This document shows, piece after piece, positions 24,759 through 38,367 of a DNA stretch of 64,000 nt (the first letter of the stretch is position 1; the number at the start of each line of letters is the position of its first letter). A program made the position numbers and the translations under genes. The stretch comes from Octopus vulgaris. Lineage: Eukaryota. The stretch is taken from NCBI GenBank assembly GCA_951406725.2, contig OX597815.1, positions 210,366,001-210,430,000 on the forward strand, written 5' to 3'. The notes beneath the pieces are model-generated. The model was not told the origin of the DNA, did not search any database, and was given only the letters and a program-made list of their open reading frames with translations.

Positions 24759-27611
24759 TAGAGTGACCCTTACAATAGGTAAATTTTCGAAAGTTAAAAT
24801 TTTACTGCTCCCATCCCCTTAATCCTGCTCCAATAGAGATAAAAACGAGGTGTGTAACATCTCAGCTTAATCGGACAACTGTTAAGCGATTATCAAACAC
24901 ATTTAGTTTTGTTCAAAAGCGGTATACTATTCCCTTTTTCGGCTATTTTCTTTATTCTTTTTAGAGAAATTTATGTGGACACATCCAGGCAACCCCAACA
25001 GATGTTTAAAAACGTTTTGAATCAAATTTACTAATAGCTAATTTGAAAAATTCCTGAAATAAATGATAAACTTAAGAAATAGTAGGTTTTCTTAATAAAG
25101 CACACAACTATAAGAGAAACGCATTTTTATTCTCAACAATAATTTCTATAGAATCAAAAGCCTGATGTGAACACTGAACATTGAAGTTTGAACATTATTT
25201 TTGCATAAGAGAAGATTTAGTGGTAGTTGTGTATATTTTACTGTAATGGTCTTTAAAAAAATTGTTTCTTAGTTTCATCTTTTGTGAAAATGCTATTGTA
25301 ATCCTAAATGAGTTTGACATCTTTTTTCTGTAACATCATTCACAACTGTCTTCTCAAGTTTTCCAAGTCCAGTTTTGTAACTAGGGTCATCCTTCCATGT
25401 TGAAGGGTCTTTGTCGAGGAAATCAATGCTGATAGAAAATCTCGTGAAGAAAGATTTTGTACCAGGTGTTACAAAAGACGAAATCTCAAAATTTATAAAG
25501 GAAGAAAAGACATTTTGGTGCAGAATGTACCTCTTCAGTTGATTTTTTTCTTCTTCCTTTTTTTCACCTGCTTGAGCAATATTTGCCTTAACCTCTGTTG
25601 AAACATTGTCATCAAATATGCATACAGCCACACCTTCGAGAGCTAAATCCTAGAGATGTTTGGAAATTTTTTTCGTTGCAGCCTTACTGATTTCTGCATC
25701 AATTTCTTTATAACTAATTAGTTGAAGCATGAATAGGAAATCATAATAAGATGCTTACTGGTTTCTTATGATAGAAAGCAGGCTCGAACATACACTCGAA
25801 CAAGAAAAATAAATATTCTTCTTAAAGCGTTCTTCTTCCCAGGAGAAAACTAAAATTGATCTTGAAACAGGTATATCTGGAATGCGTAAATTGCTTTTGA
25901 CATTCACCTAGCAAGACTTACAGCTCCTGGTGTACGAAACGATATTCCGTTCATCAGAATGCCGCCAAGAAAGGTCATCGTAACTCCAAAACTTCTCGGT
26001 AATCATTTCGCTGTTGTTTCTGCGTAGAAAGGTGGTATTCATGAAATCCAAGAATGGCAGAGCGGACATCATCAGGCAATCTATTACTACCAGTTATGTA
26101 AACCTTCTTGTGAGTTTCGTCTAGGTTTCTTTAAATCTTTTGAAAAACACTATGCCTGGACCAGAAGTTGCATCCATCGGTAAATCAAAACAACTCCTAA
26201 AAACTATCTCAAAAACATGTTGACAGCAAGGAAAGTACAACAGGTCGTGATTGAACAGTCTTTCTAGATTTATACAGGCACCATTTCCTCCACCTGCGTT
26301 GCTTACTGTCGTATCACAGCAGAGTGTCTGAATTTTGTCGGTTATACCCCGCTTTCCCACTGCTTGGTAAACAGCCATGGCTTACTGCTCTCCTGAAGAC
26401 ATTGCCTTGAAAAGTTGCTATTATTTCCAGTCTATCAAGTGCTGAGAGGAACTTTCCATCTCAGTGCAAACACTAATTCTTCACAGTCGTTTAGGTTAAA
26501 TTTGTGCTGTATTTCTGTGTGTTGCTTCTCTAAATTTTGTTCTAAGTCGTGAAAATAAGTGTACAAATCAAATCTTTATATATAAAAGTGAGGTTGTGTG
26601 CTGTCTGTCTCCTATGATTTAGATTCCTAACTACTCCCACATTTTGCGGTGCAGTTTAACCAAAACCAGGTATCTTATAGTCGTGATTCATATCGAGCCC
26701 TTCTGAGTATTAGCGCGCGTCTACGATGAGTCTACGATTAAAAAAAAAACAATTACCATTAATTTTTCCCATTTTTCAATGCATTTTTGGCATATATAAG
26801 GGAAGTAACTCTCTAAAAATTTATTATTAAATCTCAGAACGTAAAAAGCTACAGTAACCCCCCCCTTGAGGTTAGCCATATTGAGATGGCTATTATACTT
26901 TACATGTCTAAAAGTGCTTATATAGTTATTTCCCTTACAAACCCGAGCAACGCCGGGCGATACTGCTAGCAACATTATAAAAACGGAGAGGTTATAAATA
27001 TAGCATTACAACTTTGTCAGGGCTACCAACACAACATGGGAAAATCTATATCATAATTCGCAACAACAAAATGAATGAATGCTTACAAGTTATTACAAAT
27101 AAATTAACTTATATTTACAAACGCGGACAAGTCTTATTAGTTTACTGTTTATTACAAATGTATATTTCTTGATATTTTATTTCTCTCCATTACCATTAGG
27201 TGCAGTACATTTCTTTCAATGGACGAACGCAACTCACTACCTCATTCGCTCATGGCTAGCCGCCGACTGAATGACGGCGAAAAAGAGGTGTTTGCCCTGT
27301 ATCTGTGCTCTGTCTTCAGCATTGCCAGTTGCCTTCCCCATTATATTTATTGACACTTATACTGCCATTACCAAGAATAACTCTGAACGAGTTTTTAATT
27401 TAAGAGAAAATTATATTAGAGAAAAACATTTTATCAGAAAAAACAAAATGACTTTCCGGGCGAAAACTTCAAAATTTCATAGTCGATGAGGGTCGCCTTG
27501 CTTTTGTTCGATTGAGCTAAAATTTTGCATAGATAGTTACTTTGATAATTGGAACAAGATATGGTGGTGGGAGCTAGTCTTTTAGAAAGTTGAAAAATAA
27601 TGGCCACTCTA
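24759..27611 (-). mobile_element. Decayed hAT-superfamily (hATm-like) DNA transposon
   Basis: Termini tagagtgacc / ggccactcta. Minus-strand transposase relics CCDTTVSNAG..GACINLERLFNHDLLYFPCCQHVFE (cf. DTTASNTG...ACRHH), TSGP..FKRFK and VVNDVTE. No clear TSD. Confidence 0.7.
26573..26969 (+). mobile_element. Non-autonomous Helitron nested in the hAT-like element
   Basis: 5' A|TCtttatatataaaag; 3' GC-rich hairpin cccgagcaacgccggg followed by ...tgCTAG; no TSD. Confidence 0.8.
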
Positions 27612-27629
27612 GTATACACACATACATAC

Positions 27630-27675
<46 letters not shown>

Positions 27676-27710
27676 GTGTGTGTATGTATATATATATGAA
27701 TATAATATAT

Positions 27711-27754
<44 letters not shown>

Positions 27755-28117
27755 TTATCTATTTATTCCCTCCACCTAACAATAACAAACTGCCTACCTC
27801 TTCTTGACCACCAAAAAGCAATTGTCTTCTAATTTACCTAAAATCGCATCCCATATATCTGTTTCTATTCATTTATTTATTTTCTCACTGATTCTTCTCA
27901 TTTCAAAAAACACTCTGGCCTTTTGACCACTCCCCTAAGAACAATAGCTTGTGCCCTGTTTATCTCCTAAATACCAACCTACCAAAAAACGTCCCCCATC
28001 ACCACTCCATTAAATCTGCCTAAATGCATAAATACCAGAACTTATTTTGACAGCCAGCTTCCTGAAGATTTCATCTGAATGAAACAGTTCTAGTCCTGTA
28101 GAAGCTCCTTCTATAAA

Positions 28118-28148
<31 letters not shown>

Positions 28149-30860
28149 CGTATATATACAGAGAGAGAGGGGTGAGAGAGAGAGAAGAGGAAGGGGGATC
28201 GGATACTTTAATAATTCATTAGGTATATATATATAAGATATGTGCTCTATCTTGCAAATATTTATGTAACAGATGTCCATATATAGCAGATATATTTTGA
28301 ACAAATAACTGTTGAATACTATTGAATATTACAGAGAGCATATCGACTTTATCGGTGGAAATTGTACATTTCTTTCTTTCATAGAGTACTGCTGCAAGGA
28401 AAGAGGTGTGATAAAATGTAAGATGATGTTTGAAGTCGGTTGCTTATGAGAATTAAATAGCAAATTGCAAATCGATCATGTAGATTATAGATTGATGACT
28501 ACTGCATATCATTAAAAATAAAACAGTTATGTAGTTTAGACGAATTTAACTATATAGAAATGAGTTAAATGTAATTAGAGGAAATCATCCTTAATTCGCG
28601 AAGAATTAAGTTCCTACGGTCATATGGATGCAAAATCATAAAAACGGATAATGTTGAATACAAAGAAACCTCATTGAGTGACAATGAATCTCAGAGTTTC
28701 TCGCTGTAAAAATTTGACAGGCTTTTTTGTTGTTAGTGTATGACTTTACTCAGGAGAGTATGTTATATTTTAGGCTGTAGATGATAACTTTGATTATCAA
28801 GTTAGAAGGCAGCATCTTTTCGCTTTTGCGATTCCATAAGGTGTAGAAATGTTTGTTATATTGTCACATGAAGAGATTCACAATAACGTATAAATAGGTT
28901 TTTGTTCCTGCAGTAGTAATTAGGTACACTATTTTGAGCTGCTGAACTATTCTGTTTAGTGCATTTGCACTTTAGATAATACTGAAATATATTTCAAATA
29001 TTTGTTGAGGTTTTTATATCTTGAGAAATGAGAAATAGACGTGCATTGATTTCACAAGATCCCAACTAATTGAGTATTGAGGATACACATTAACATAATT
29101 CTTAACTGTTAAAACCTCCTGCAGTCTGAATAAATAACAATATATAACGAAGTGTATATTCGTGTGTTTGATTAATTCTGTAGTAGCAATGTGTAAAATT
29201 ATCTGTGTGTTGTTTAGAGATGGGTTTATTGGCACGATTAGCTTGTTGCCTAAATTACAAGATCTGACGGATGTGATTAAGTTTAATCTTGATACGTTGC
29301 AGTCTATTTAAATTAGGGTTTTTGTAGGTGTTACATATGGAGTTAGATAGAAATAGATGATATATAAGTTGACACAGTTCATAAATATTTCCTGTTCTTT
29401 TTGATGGAATATCTTATAACTATTTTCGTATTTTGCTTTGTAATCTTGCTTCAATCTTTTAGTCTTATTTAATTTCCTTGTGACGATAAACACCTAATCA
29501 TCAAGTGGTTTCCAGCCTTTTCTTTCTCTACATACAGAAAGTTCTTTTGTAACCTAATTACTTGCTAAATATGTCTCCTATCCTCGGCAATCTCAGACTT
29601 TTCTGTTGAATAGAGAGAGATTTCTATTCGATATATCTATTTCTTCATATTTCGGTATCTTATAGCTTTAAAGTTTTCGATGTAATAGCGGGATATATAA
29701 CAGACTAATATATACATATGTTGTACATATATGTGTATATGAACTCACACACACACGGGCACACATTCACAAACACACACACACACGCACACATAATACA
29801 AACCTCAGTACCATGTTAAGATACGGCAAATTATACATTTATTACAACTGGATATTTTATGCACCAATGTATGTGTCTTGATGCAATTCTTTAGAGTTCT
29901 AAAAAAGCATAAACAAATAAAATACACGCATCAATTTGGATTTTAAAATTAGCTTTGTCTAACGATGTACGCTAAGATTTTAGCTTCATTATAAAAAAAT
30001 ATTGGGAGTGGGGCTGTTACATAATAGAGTTAATAGAGTAAATAGAAATGTCAGTATACCTAGAAACTAATATAATAACAAATAAATAAAACTTAAACAT
30101 TCAAATCATTATAATTTACCGATATAGGTAAAGAAATCTAGTTAAATGTAAGTCGCACCTTGAAGTCAGGTGTGTATTAATGTCAACAATACATTAAAGT
30201 GGAAAATAATTCTGGTTTAATGATTCTTGCAGTCTATTAAAATTATATTCTGTAGCTTTAGGTGAGCATAAACATGTAGCAATTAAATGGAACGTGATTG
30301 GAAGACTTGTTATTGTAGGATACTTTACTTTCTTTTATGAAAAGGCAGGAACAGGGTAGAAAAGTTAGGAAGGAATTTATAAGCATGCGGATGTATAATG
30401 GGTACAAAGGAAGGTATGAACAAAAAATAACTGTACATTTCTACAGGAGATTAAACGAAAATCTGGATTCAGTTGCTTTTCAAACTTTACGTAATTAAGC
30501 GTACATTTTTACGAATTGACACCTTTTCAAAGAGAAAAATATCGCTGCAATTAAGGAGGTATTCTGAAACTTTATAAAGGTTTCAGACACTTTGAAATTA
30601 CTATGGAGAACATAGAAATATTAAGAGTTGAACAACGAAATGAAGCAACTTCATATGTTATTGAGAACTACAGGCGTATGGCACTACTATATTGATTTAA
30701 AAAAAGGGTGGAATTCAATAAATTGTATATGTTATAAAGAATATAGAGTACTTTTATGTATGTATACTAACACATACATACATACAGACACAAACACACA
30801 CGTATATTTATATATATATTTTTTACCTCTGTCTTCCCTTCTTTGGATCTTTTCTTTTCC

Positions 30861-30933
30861 TATGTTTCTGACGAAGAGCTCCGCTCGAAACGTTAAACCC
30901 TCCTTCTTTCCTTCCTTCCTGAGCGTCCAATAA
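30861..30933 (+). ncRNA. Type I hammerhead-ribozyme-like motif (Penelope pLTR-type)
   Basis: CTGACGA (30868-74), A-GAGC-tcc-GCTC, GAAA, CGTT...AGCG-TC (GUC at 30925-27). Stem I weak (tgttt / caata). Confidence 0.6.
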
Positions 30934-30995
30934 TGCTAAATTTGTTCCATGTCCTCGCGTTGTTGTGTTTTCTCTTTGAGTTTTCATGTTTGGAT

Positions 30996-31040
<45 letters not shown>

Positions 31041-31492
31041 AAGAAATGAAGTTCGAAAATGCTGCTATATTATACAATTTTTAATTTTTATATATACATT
31101 ATAACATGTTTCAGTTCCTGAAATGAACCTTATCAAAAAAAGTTATATATAAAAAAAGAGACAGCTCATGCCGTCAAACACAAGAAATTCATTTATAATA
31201 CACAACGGAGTCAGACATCTTAAAGTTCATATATAGTTTGAAGTAAGTTCATTCATGCTATATGTTCAAAGTGTTCGATGCAGTGGCCCACGGTGGCGAT
31301 ACGTATTCAATACAAAACACAGATCAAAGTGGTGGAAAGCAGTCAATACAGAAGATTGATGTTTCCGAAAGAGCGAGGAATTCATTTTTACCTTAAGCAA
31401 TTGTGATGACCCATGCATTATATATGCATAGATACGTGCATACTGTGAGATTTTCAAGAAGTTTCAATGACTGATATGAGTGACATTGAGTG

Positions 31493-31587
<95 letters not shown>

Positions 31588-31891
31588 TGTGTGCGTACGT
31601 GTGTCTGTAAGTTTGAAAAGGATCACACGAGTTTGATATATATGGAAAAAGTCAAGATAGAAAATGCTAAAATAACTTTATAAAAAACATTTCAGTGCCG
31701 GTTTCAGTAATTGAAACGTTTTCAGCTGTATGCATGGAAAACAATTAAATTTTGGAAAAATTAAAAGACAAGTTTTTCTTAAAGAATATTTGTATAGTGT
31801 TAAAATTCTAGTGGCATTTTCCTTGTTTCTGCCTCTCTCTGTTTCTCTTGTTTACTCTTGTGGGTTCCATGTCGTTGTGAATTCTTGGTAG

Positions 31892-31892
<1 letters not shown>

Positions 31893-31927
<35 letters not shown>

Positions 31928-32041
31928 AGAAGGAGAAGAAGAAGAAGGAGAAGAAGAGGAGGAATAAGAAAAATAAGAAGAAGAAGAAGAAGAAGGGGAA
32001 GAAGAAGAAGAAGAAAAAGAAGAAGAAAAAGAAGAAGAAGA
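31893..32041. repeat. (GAA)n purine microsatellite
   Basis: Direct inspection. Confidence 0.96.
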
Positions 32042-32371
32042 ATGTGGGAGTGTCATGACAGTAGTATGTTAAATGGCCGGTTGGCCCGAAAGTGACCCGC
32101 TGTGGATGTTAGTAGTAATTGTTGGATTCGTGAAGCATCTCTTTCGAATGTTTTGTTTATAAAATGTGTGTAGTTGTTATTCTAAACAGCAATAGTGGTA
32201 AAGTTAAGAAGGAGGAGGAAGAAGACAATGAAGAAGAAAGAGAAGGGAGTATAAGAAGAAATGTAGATAGTATGAAAACAGTAAAGTGTTAACTGGTTAA
32301 GTGACCCAAAATTGGCTCGTTATGGGACTGTTTATTAATGAATTTTTGGCAATCTCTTGAGTGTATCAACT

Positions 32372-32867
32372 ACAACATGTATCGGTGGTGTATGTTTCAC
32401 TTATCACTGTTATTTATGACATTGTTCGTGCGTTTATACTGGTTTTAGCTTCAGGGTTTTAGGGTTAGGGTTAGGGTTTCAGGGTTAGGGTTAGAATTTT
32501 AGGATTAGGGTTACGGAAAAAAGTGAAAATGAAGAAATTGGAGGGGGAGGGTTAAGTGTTAAAAACTTTCAAAATTCCGATTTTTGGCAATTTTCCGTAT
32601 ACGAAAAGCTGGGGTTTGGGCCAAAAATATTTTAAAAAAGAATAATTTGTGATAAAATGGGGGCGGGAGGAAGTCTTTCGGATATAGTAGCTGAAAAACA
32701 GGAAAAAAAAAAATAATAAAATGCAGTAGAAATGCACGAACGATTGTAATGGTGTCACGAAGTAAACGTGCTTCAAATACACTCGTTTATTCATACGAAC
32801 GTAACTGAGATAAAATATGTCATAAATAACAGTGACAAAAGCGATATACACCGCCGGAAGTTGTTGT
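32372..32867. repeat. Inverted-repeat element containing interstitial telomere-like (TTAGGG)n
   Basis: Degenerate TTAGGG array at ~32452-32513. Arms ggtggtgtat..tcactgttatttatgacat (32384-32421) and atgtcataaataacagtga..atacaccgcc (32817-32855). Confidence 0.75.
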
Positions 32868-34965
32868 TGACAACAACAGCAGTGACTTTATTCAGCTGAA
32901 TACACGTCATTCATTGGCTGAAATTACCGAAATACGACAAATTTTACACGAAATAACTTAGTAAACAGAAACTTTTCTCAACAACGCTAAGAGTAAAACA
33001 TTTTCTATATGACACATTCTACCAGTATCCGAAACTTCAAAGTATTTAGTTAAAGAAAATTAATTAATTGAGCTGCCCATGAAAAGGAAAACATCCTTTA
33101 TATGTTTACGAAATCACATAATAGCAATTTATGCAAAATTAACAATGAGATACCCTAAGTTTTTTATTTTAAAAAGCCGGAGATTCCTTTCTACATTTTG
33201 CAGTGAATTTCATCATTACCTTTAATTTTTTTAAATATTATTGTAACTGTAAATTGAAAATACGCTGTTTTCTGTTAAAGTAAATTCAAAGAAATTAATT
33301 CTTTTGTTCGTTTTCTTTTTAATTTTTTGTATTATTTTTCACTGTTTTCATAACTTTAATTTTATAATATAATATCTATGATTTAAAATATTTGGATAAT
33401 GTGTTTTGTTAAGAAAAGAAAATTAAAAATGTAATATGATACTAAAACAAGACAGAAATGATGTTAGCTTCATACAAAGAAAGTCTTAAATTAAAAATAC
33501 TAACTTAATTTAACAAATATTGAAAGAAAACGCAGAAAATATATAAATCTAAACAGAGCACAGACTATTTGATGAACAATTGGAGAAAAATGTTTATCAA
33601 ATTCTAACTGAAGCTGAAATTTGGTTGAGAACTGAATTACTGAAGTCTAGAAGTGCCCGCGAGTAATTTAAGCTGACTTTGAGAATATATTCACCCACGA
33701 AAGAGGATGAAAAGTAAATATACGGAATTCAATTCGGTTGAGAGCTGAATTAGTGATAAAGCCTAGAACAGCTTGCGAACGATTAAAATTTGAACTTAAG
33801 TAAAACTTTGAAGGGCGGAGTCAGCTGGTATTTTACAAAGGTAAAGGAGACGTTGAACAGCAATGAAAACGGCTTAGAAGATGGGCTAAATACCTTTAAA
33901 AACCGGAGAAAAGTAGCTAAGAATCTGTTACAGAGAATCGCACCCATACATCCCGCAATCCGGTTGACCTCGCTGTACTATTAAGCTAAGCGACACATGA
34001 TACCAATGGATGTCTTCTATAACGCTCTTAAAATGACAAAAATATTATTTTGGCAGCTGTAATTTTTTGATGAGCTTTCCTCCGTAAGACTCATCACATA
34101 GAGCTGTTTCATCTGGACACAATCAATGAATAGTTTTCTTTTACAATAGTCAAGATGTTTTGATTCAAATACAATTTTATTGGGCGGGGGGGGGGGTTAC
34201 TTATCAATTGTTTTGTCACTTAAAAAGACACGTTTTCTGTAACAAATAAATTTTAACCAAAAGATTTTTCTCAATGCGCACGTGCTTTTAAACCCAATTA
34301 ATCAATACTTTTCTTTTAAAATTACTGAGATATTTTGACTCAAAGTCAATCTGTTCACCTTGTTCTCCTAGTCGTGACTTCACATATTTTGACATGTTTT
34401 TATTTTAACGTACCAAATTTCCATTACTTTATCTCAAAACATAGTTGAAGGCCAGACCATCTTTGCTAAAAAAAAAAAAACTGCATTCATTTGGTTTGAG
34501 AGACGAATTAGTGATCAAGCCTAGAAGTGCTGTGCTCGAGTGTAAATTAGATATTGACCTTCAAATATATTCACCTATTGCCGTGAGTGAATAATACCAT
34601 TCAGCTCAGGGATTATGCAGACAATAATTGAATTTGTAATTATACTGTTCACCGGGGAAAGGAGGCAGATACGTTTCTTCTGAGTTTAAAAAAAATAATA
34701 AATGACAAAGACAGAACTGTTTATTTAATTCCTGCGTTATTTTAGAGCCTGCTATCATCATATATATATGACAGCCTGGTTGGAGGCCCAACCTTCTCCG
34801 GTCTCATACAGGGCTTAGAAGAAATATAGGACCGGTCCTATAAGTTTGTGAATCTGAGAAGAGTATAAAATAATAATTAAGTAATCCTCCGGTATTTTCT
34901 TTTACACAAAACCAGGAAATTTTCTGCCTCCCTCCCTCCGTGTATATATATATATATATATATAT

Positions 34966-35300
34966 ATACAAAAGGGTGGGCTGAAGAGTTGATAGGCTCA
35001 CTATGAAGGATTGATACTAGAACAGTGAAGTCTTGCATTAATATTTTTCAACACTTATTCATAAGCGGATTGTTTCTTTCCAGGTAATTTGACGCATGAA
35101 TGTTCAAAGAATGCTTCAAGTGTAACTAGTAGCGACTTCTCCCGAAAATCGTCAAAATTTGGCATCAGGTTTTTATCAGATACCTGCAGAATATGGTTTA
35201 GCAGCCCCCCCCCCAACCACTAACAATGACATTAATACTGACATGGCTGCTACGTTAGGTGATACATTCATACTGGCGCTGTCAACTTCGAAAGTGCAAG
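34966..35300 (+). mobile_element. 5' fragment of a second mariner family
   Basis: Starts TA-caaaagggtgggctgaagagttgataggct (mariner-like TIR). Relic N-terminus with IRYLQ and DINTDMAATLGD. Confidence 0.55.
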
Positions 35301-35539
35301 CGTAGAGGACCACTTAAAAAGTACGTATTGAACGCCCGCCTCTAGAAATATGCCGACGTCTCCGGCCTACATCGGTAACTGTTTTTTTCTCCAATAAATA
35401 AAAAGAAACACCTTTTACTCACCAATGTAGTGTTATCCTAAACAGATTTTAAACTATACATCTACACCACGTGGAATCTCGCTAACACGATTATGGCTGA
35501 AACTAACACCACCACAGATGAAACTATCAGCGTCACCAC

Positions 35540-36024
35540 TGATGGCCACCCTGTGCAACACGATGTTGCCGCAAAAACAATTTACACAGCCATCCGCAAA
35601 AAATACTGTTCTGAAACATAGAAATTCCGTATGTTATGGGGTACATACATGAACACCAACTCAAGGAATACTGGTGGAATATTCCCATCAAGCTTCGGTC
35701 AAATGTAAACATAACAGGCCGGATACTGTTGTTTGGGACTGAGGGGCAAAGGTACGTACCGTCATAGAGTTCAGCTGCCCTCCAGATATAAATATGTATG
35801 GACAACTGCTTCGAAACCTCCAGCTTCTATATCTAGACTACGAATTCATATTCATACCAATAATAATTGGAGCACTAGGTTTTGTTAGTAAATGCTTCAA
35901 AGAGAATATGGATAAACTAGGATTTTCAGGAGAGATATTGACCAGCTAACTCGTACAATATCAGTGCAATCTGAGAGTGGAACAGTAAAAATATGCAAGA
36001 CTTTTCTCAAGTTCCAAATGTGAA
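35540..36024 (+). mobile_element. 3' remnant of another RLE-type (R4/Dong-like) non-LTR retrotransposon
   Basis: Frameshifted relics QHD (cf. RHD), EYWWNIPIK, KCKHNRPDTVVW, PIIIGALG and SGTVKICKTFLKF. Confidence 0.7.
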
Positions 36025-36439
36025 TTTGTCTGTGTTAACTATATTTCAAAGACGGAGTCTTGTATCTTTGTTGGAAACCCGCTCCCTCCTCAGTGATGCA
36101 TGTATGTATACATATATGTATACAAACTTGTTACCAGCTCAAATAAGCTTGAGGCATATTGGAACCCGCAAGAAAGTCATTCACTGTATTTCGTTATGGA
36201 GAATATTTCTCGATGACAAGTTGTTGTAAATAGAGCAAGTCAGCTCAGAGCGTTCCATAACGAGATTATTGGATGCATGCAATGACTATTTCGGAGAGGT
36301 TATCTCCTCTCAGAAACAGAGGTCCGAAGGGTAGACGCTGTGAACTGACATTAGAAGTAGGTCCCTCTGATGATATTACCGTCGCGTTCAATGACTAGTT
36401 GCGCTATTCAACGGCTCACTATGAATAAAGTACGTTATT

Positions 36440-36827
36440 GGATGGAAGCACTCCGTCGGTTACGACGACGAGGGTTCCGGTCGATCCGATCAACGGAACA
36501 GCCTGCTCGTGAAATTAACGTGTAAGTGGCTGAGCACTCCACAGACACGTGTACCCTTAACGTAGTTCTCGGGGATATTCAGCGTGAGTGACACAGAGTG
36601 ACAAGGCCGACCCTTTGAAATACAGGTACAACAGGAACAGGAAGTAAGAGTGAGAGAAAGTTGTGGTGAAAGAGTACAGCAGGGACCACCACCATCCCCC
36701 GCCGGAGATCGTGGAGCTTTAGGGTTTTCTCTCAATAAACACTCACAACGCCCGGTCTGGGAAGCGAAACCGCGATTCTACGACCGCGAGTCCGCTGCCC
36801 TAACCACTGGGCCATTGCGCCTCCACT
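36440..36827 (-). mobile_element. tRNA-derived SINE (family B) with 11-bp TSD
   Basis: TSD agtacgttatt at 36429-36439 and 36828-36838; tRNA-like head on the minus strand. Confidence 0.93.
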
Positions 36828-37589
36828 AGTACGTTATTACAGCACTAATCAATGTTATATATAAGAACCCAATAAAATTAAAGAGAGTTATAATTTTTGG
36901 AAACATATCTCTTATCATTATTTCTGTTTAATCATGATTGTCCTCTTTTAGATCAACCCTTTGATCTTCTAGATTGTCAATACAGTTTTAATTTGGAGCA
37001 AAATGTATTGAGAGTTTCATTTATGAAAGAGAACTCACATTATTTTTTTCTAATTCGATCTATGTAGCACTGCGTTGGGCTAGTAAAATCAAATCACAAA
37101 TTACTGATTATCTCACATAAGTCAATCCAACGTCAAAACAATATGCATGTGCCCACGTACACTGAATATTGTCTTGTATAATCTATTGCCACACAGATCA
37201 AAAATACGTAACATAAAATATATGAAATATGTGCTGTTGAATTAATGATAATACATCCTAATGTGTTGATTTTAAATTTAATTCCTGTGGCCCATATTCT
37301 ACACTTTGTTGTATATAAATTTCTAACATAAAAAAAAGAATAGCAGTAAAGTGTTATAACCGGCTATCATGGACGTGTAATATTTAATCGCTAATTTACA
37401 TGTTTAAAATTAGGAAACGAATCTCACTGCATTAACAGCTTTAACAACTGAATCAAAAATTTCATAAAAAGCGTATGTTGTATGTAGTAATAACGAAACC
37501 ATAATTCCTGAAATATTTGAACGTAATATCTGAATATATATTGCTTTAAAGAAAGATACCAATAAATTAAAGAGATATCCATACTAAGA

Positions 37590-37604
37590 ATCATCATCAT
37601 CATC

Positions 37605-37659
<55 letters not shown>

Positions 37660-37747
37660 CCACCACCACCACCACCACCACCACCGCCACCATCATCACC
37701 ATCATCATCATCATCATCATCATATTCATCATCATCACCACCATCAC

Positions 37748-37779
<32 letters not shown>

Positions 37780-37897
37780 CCACCACCACCACCACCACCA
37801 CCACCACCATCATCATCATTACCATTACCATCATCATTATCATCATCATCATCATCATCATCACCACCACCACCACCACCACCACCACCACCACCAC
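37590..37897. repeat. (CAT)n/(CAC)n compound microsatellite
   Basis: Direct inspection; source of the poly-M/V and poly-G/D ORFs. Confidence 0.97.
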
Positions 37898-37922
37898 AAT
37901 ATTTAATATTACTACGAGTACT

Positions 37923-38367
37923 AAGGCGGCGAGCTGTCAGAATCGTCAGCACGCCGGGCGAAATGCTCAACGGTATTTCGTCTGCCGCTACGTTCTGAGT
38001 TCAAATTCCGCCGAGGTCGACTTTGCCTTTCATCCTTTCGGGATCGATTAAATAAGTACCAGTTACGCACTCGGGTTGATGTAATCGACTTAATCCGTTT
38101 GTCTGTCCTTGATTGTCCCCTCCGTATTTAGCCCCTTGTGGGTAATAAAGAAACAGGGGAGCTTGCAGAATTGTTAGCACACCGGGAAAAAAATCTTAGA
38201 AACATTTTGTCCGTCTTTACATTCTGCGTTCAAATTCCGCCGAGGTCGATTTTACTTTTCAAACTTTCGGATTCGATAAAATAAGTTCCAGTTGCACACT
38301 GGGGTCGATGTAATCAATTTACCCGCTGTCCGAACTTGCGGACCTTGTGCCAAAACTTGAAACGAAT
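37923..38367 (+). mobile_element. Two tandem Nin/Deu-domain-like tRNA SINEs (37923-38155 and 38156-38367; family C)
   Basis: Each has a tRNA-like head, gttcaaattccgccgaggtcga and a cctttcatcctttcgg..cgat.aaataagt.ccag-type domain; the two tails differ. Confidence 0.85.

Noticed and set aside
28330-29660. Possible very old Penelope-like RT on the minus strand (traces such as EVSLYST, CFIFND)
   Set aside because: Too degenerate to support by eye.
37424-37970. Poly-M/V and poly-G/D ORFs
   Set aside because: Products of the (CAT/CAC)n microsatellite.
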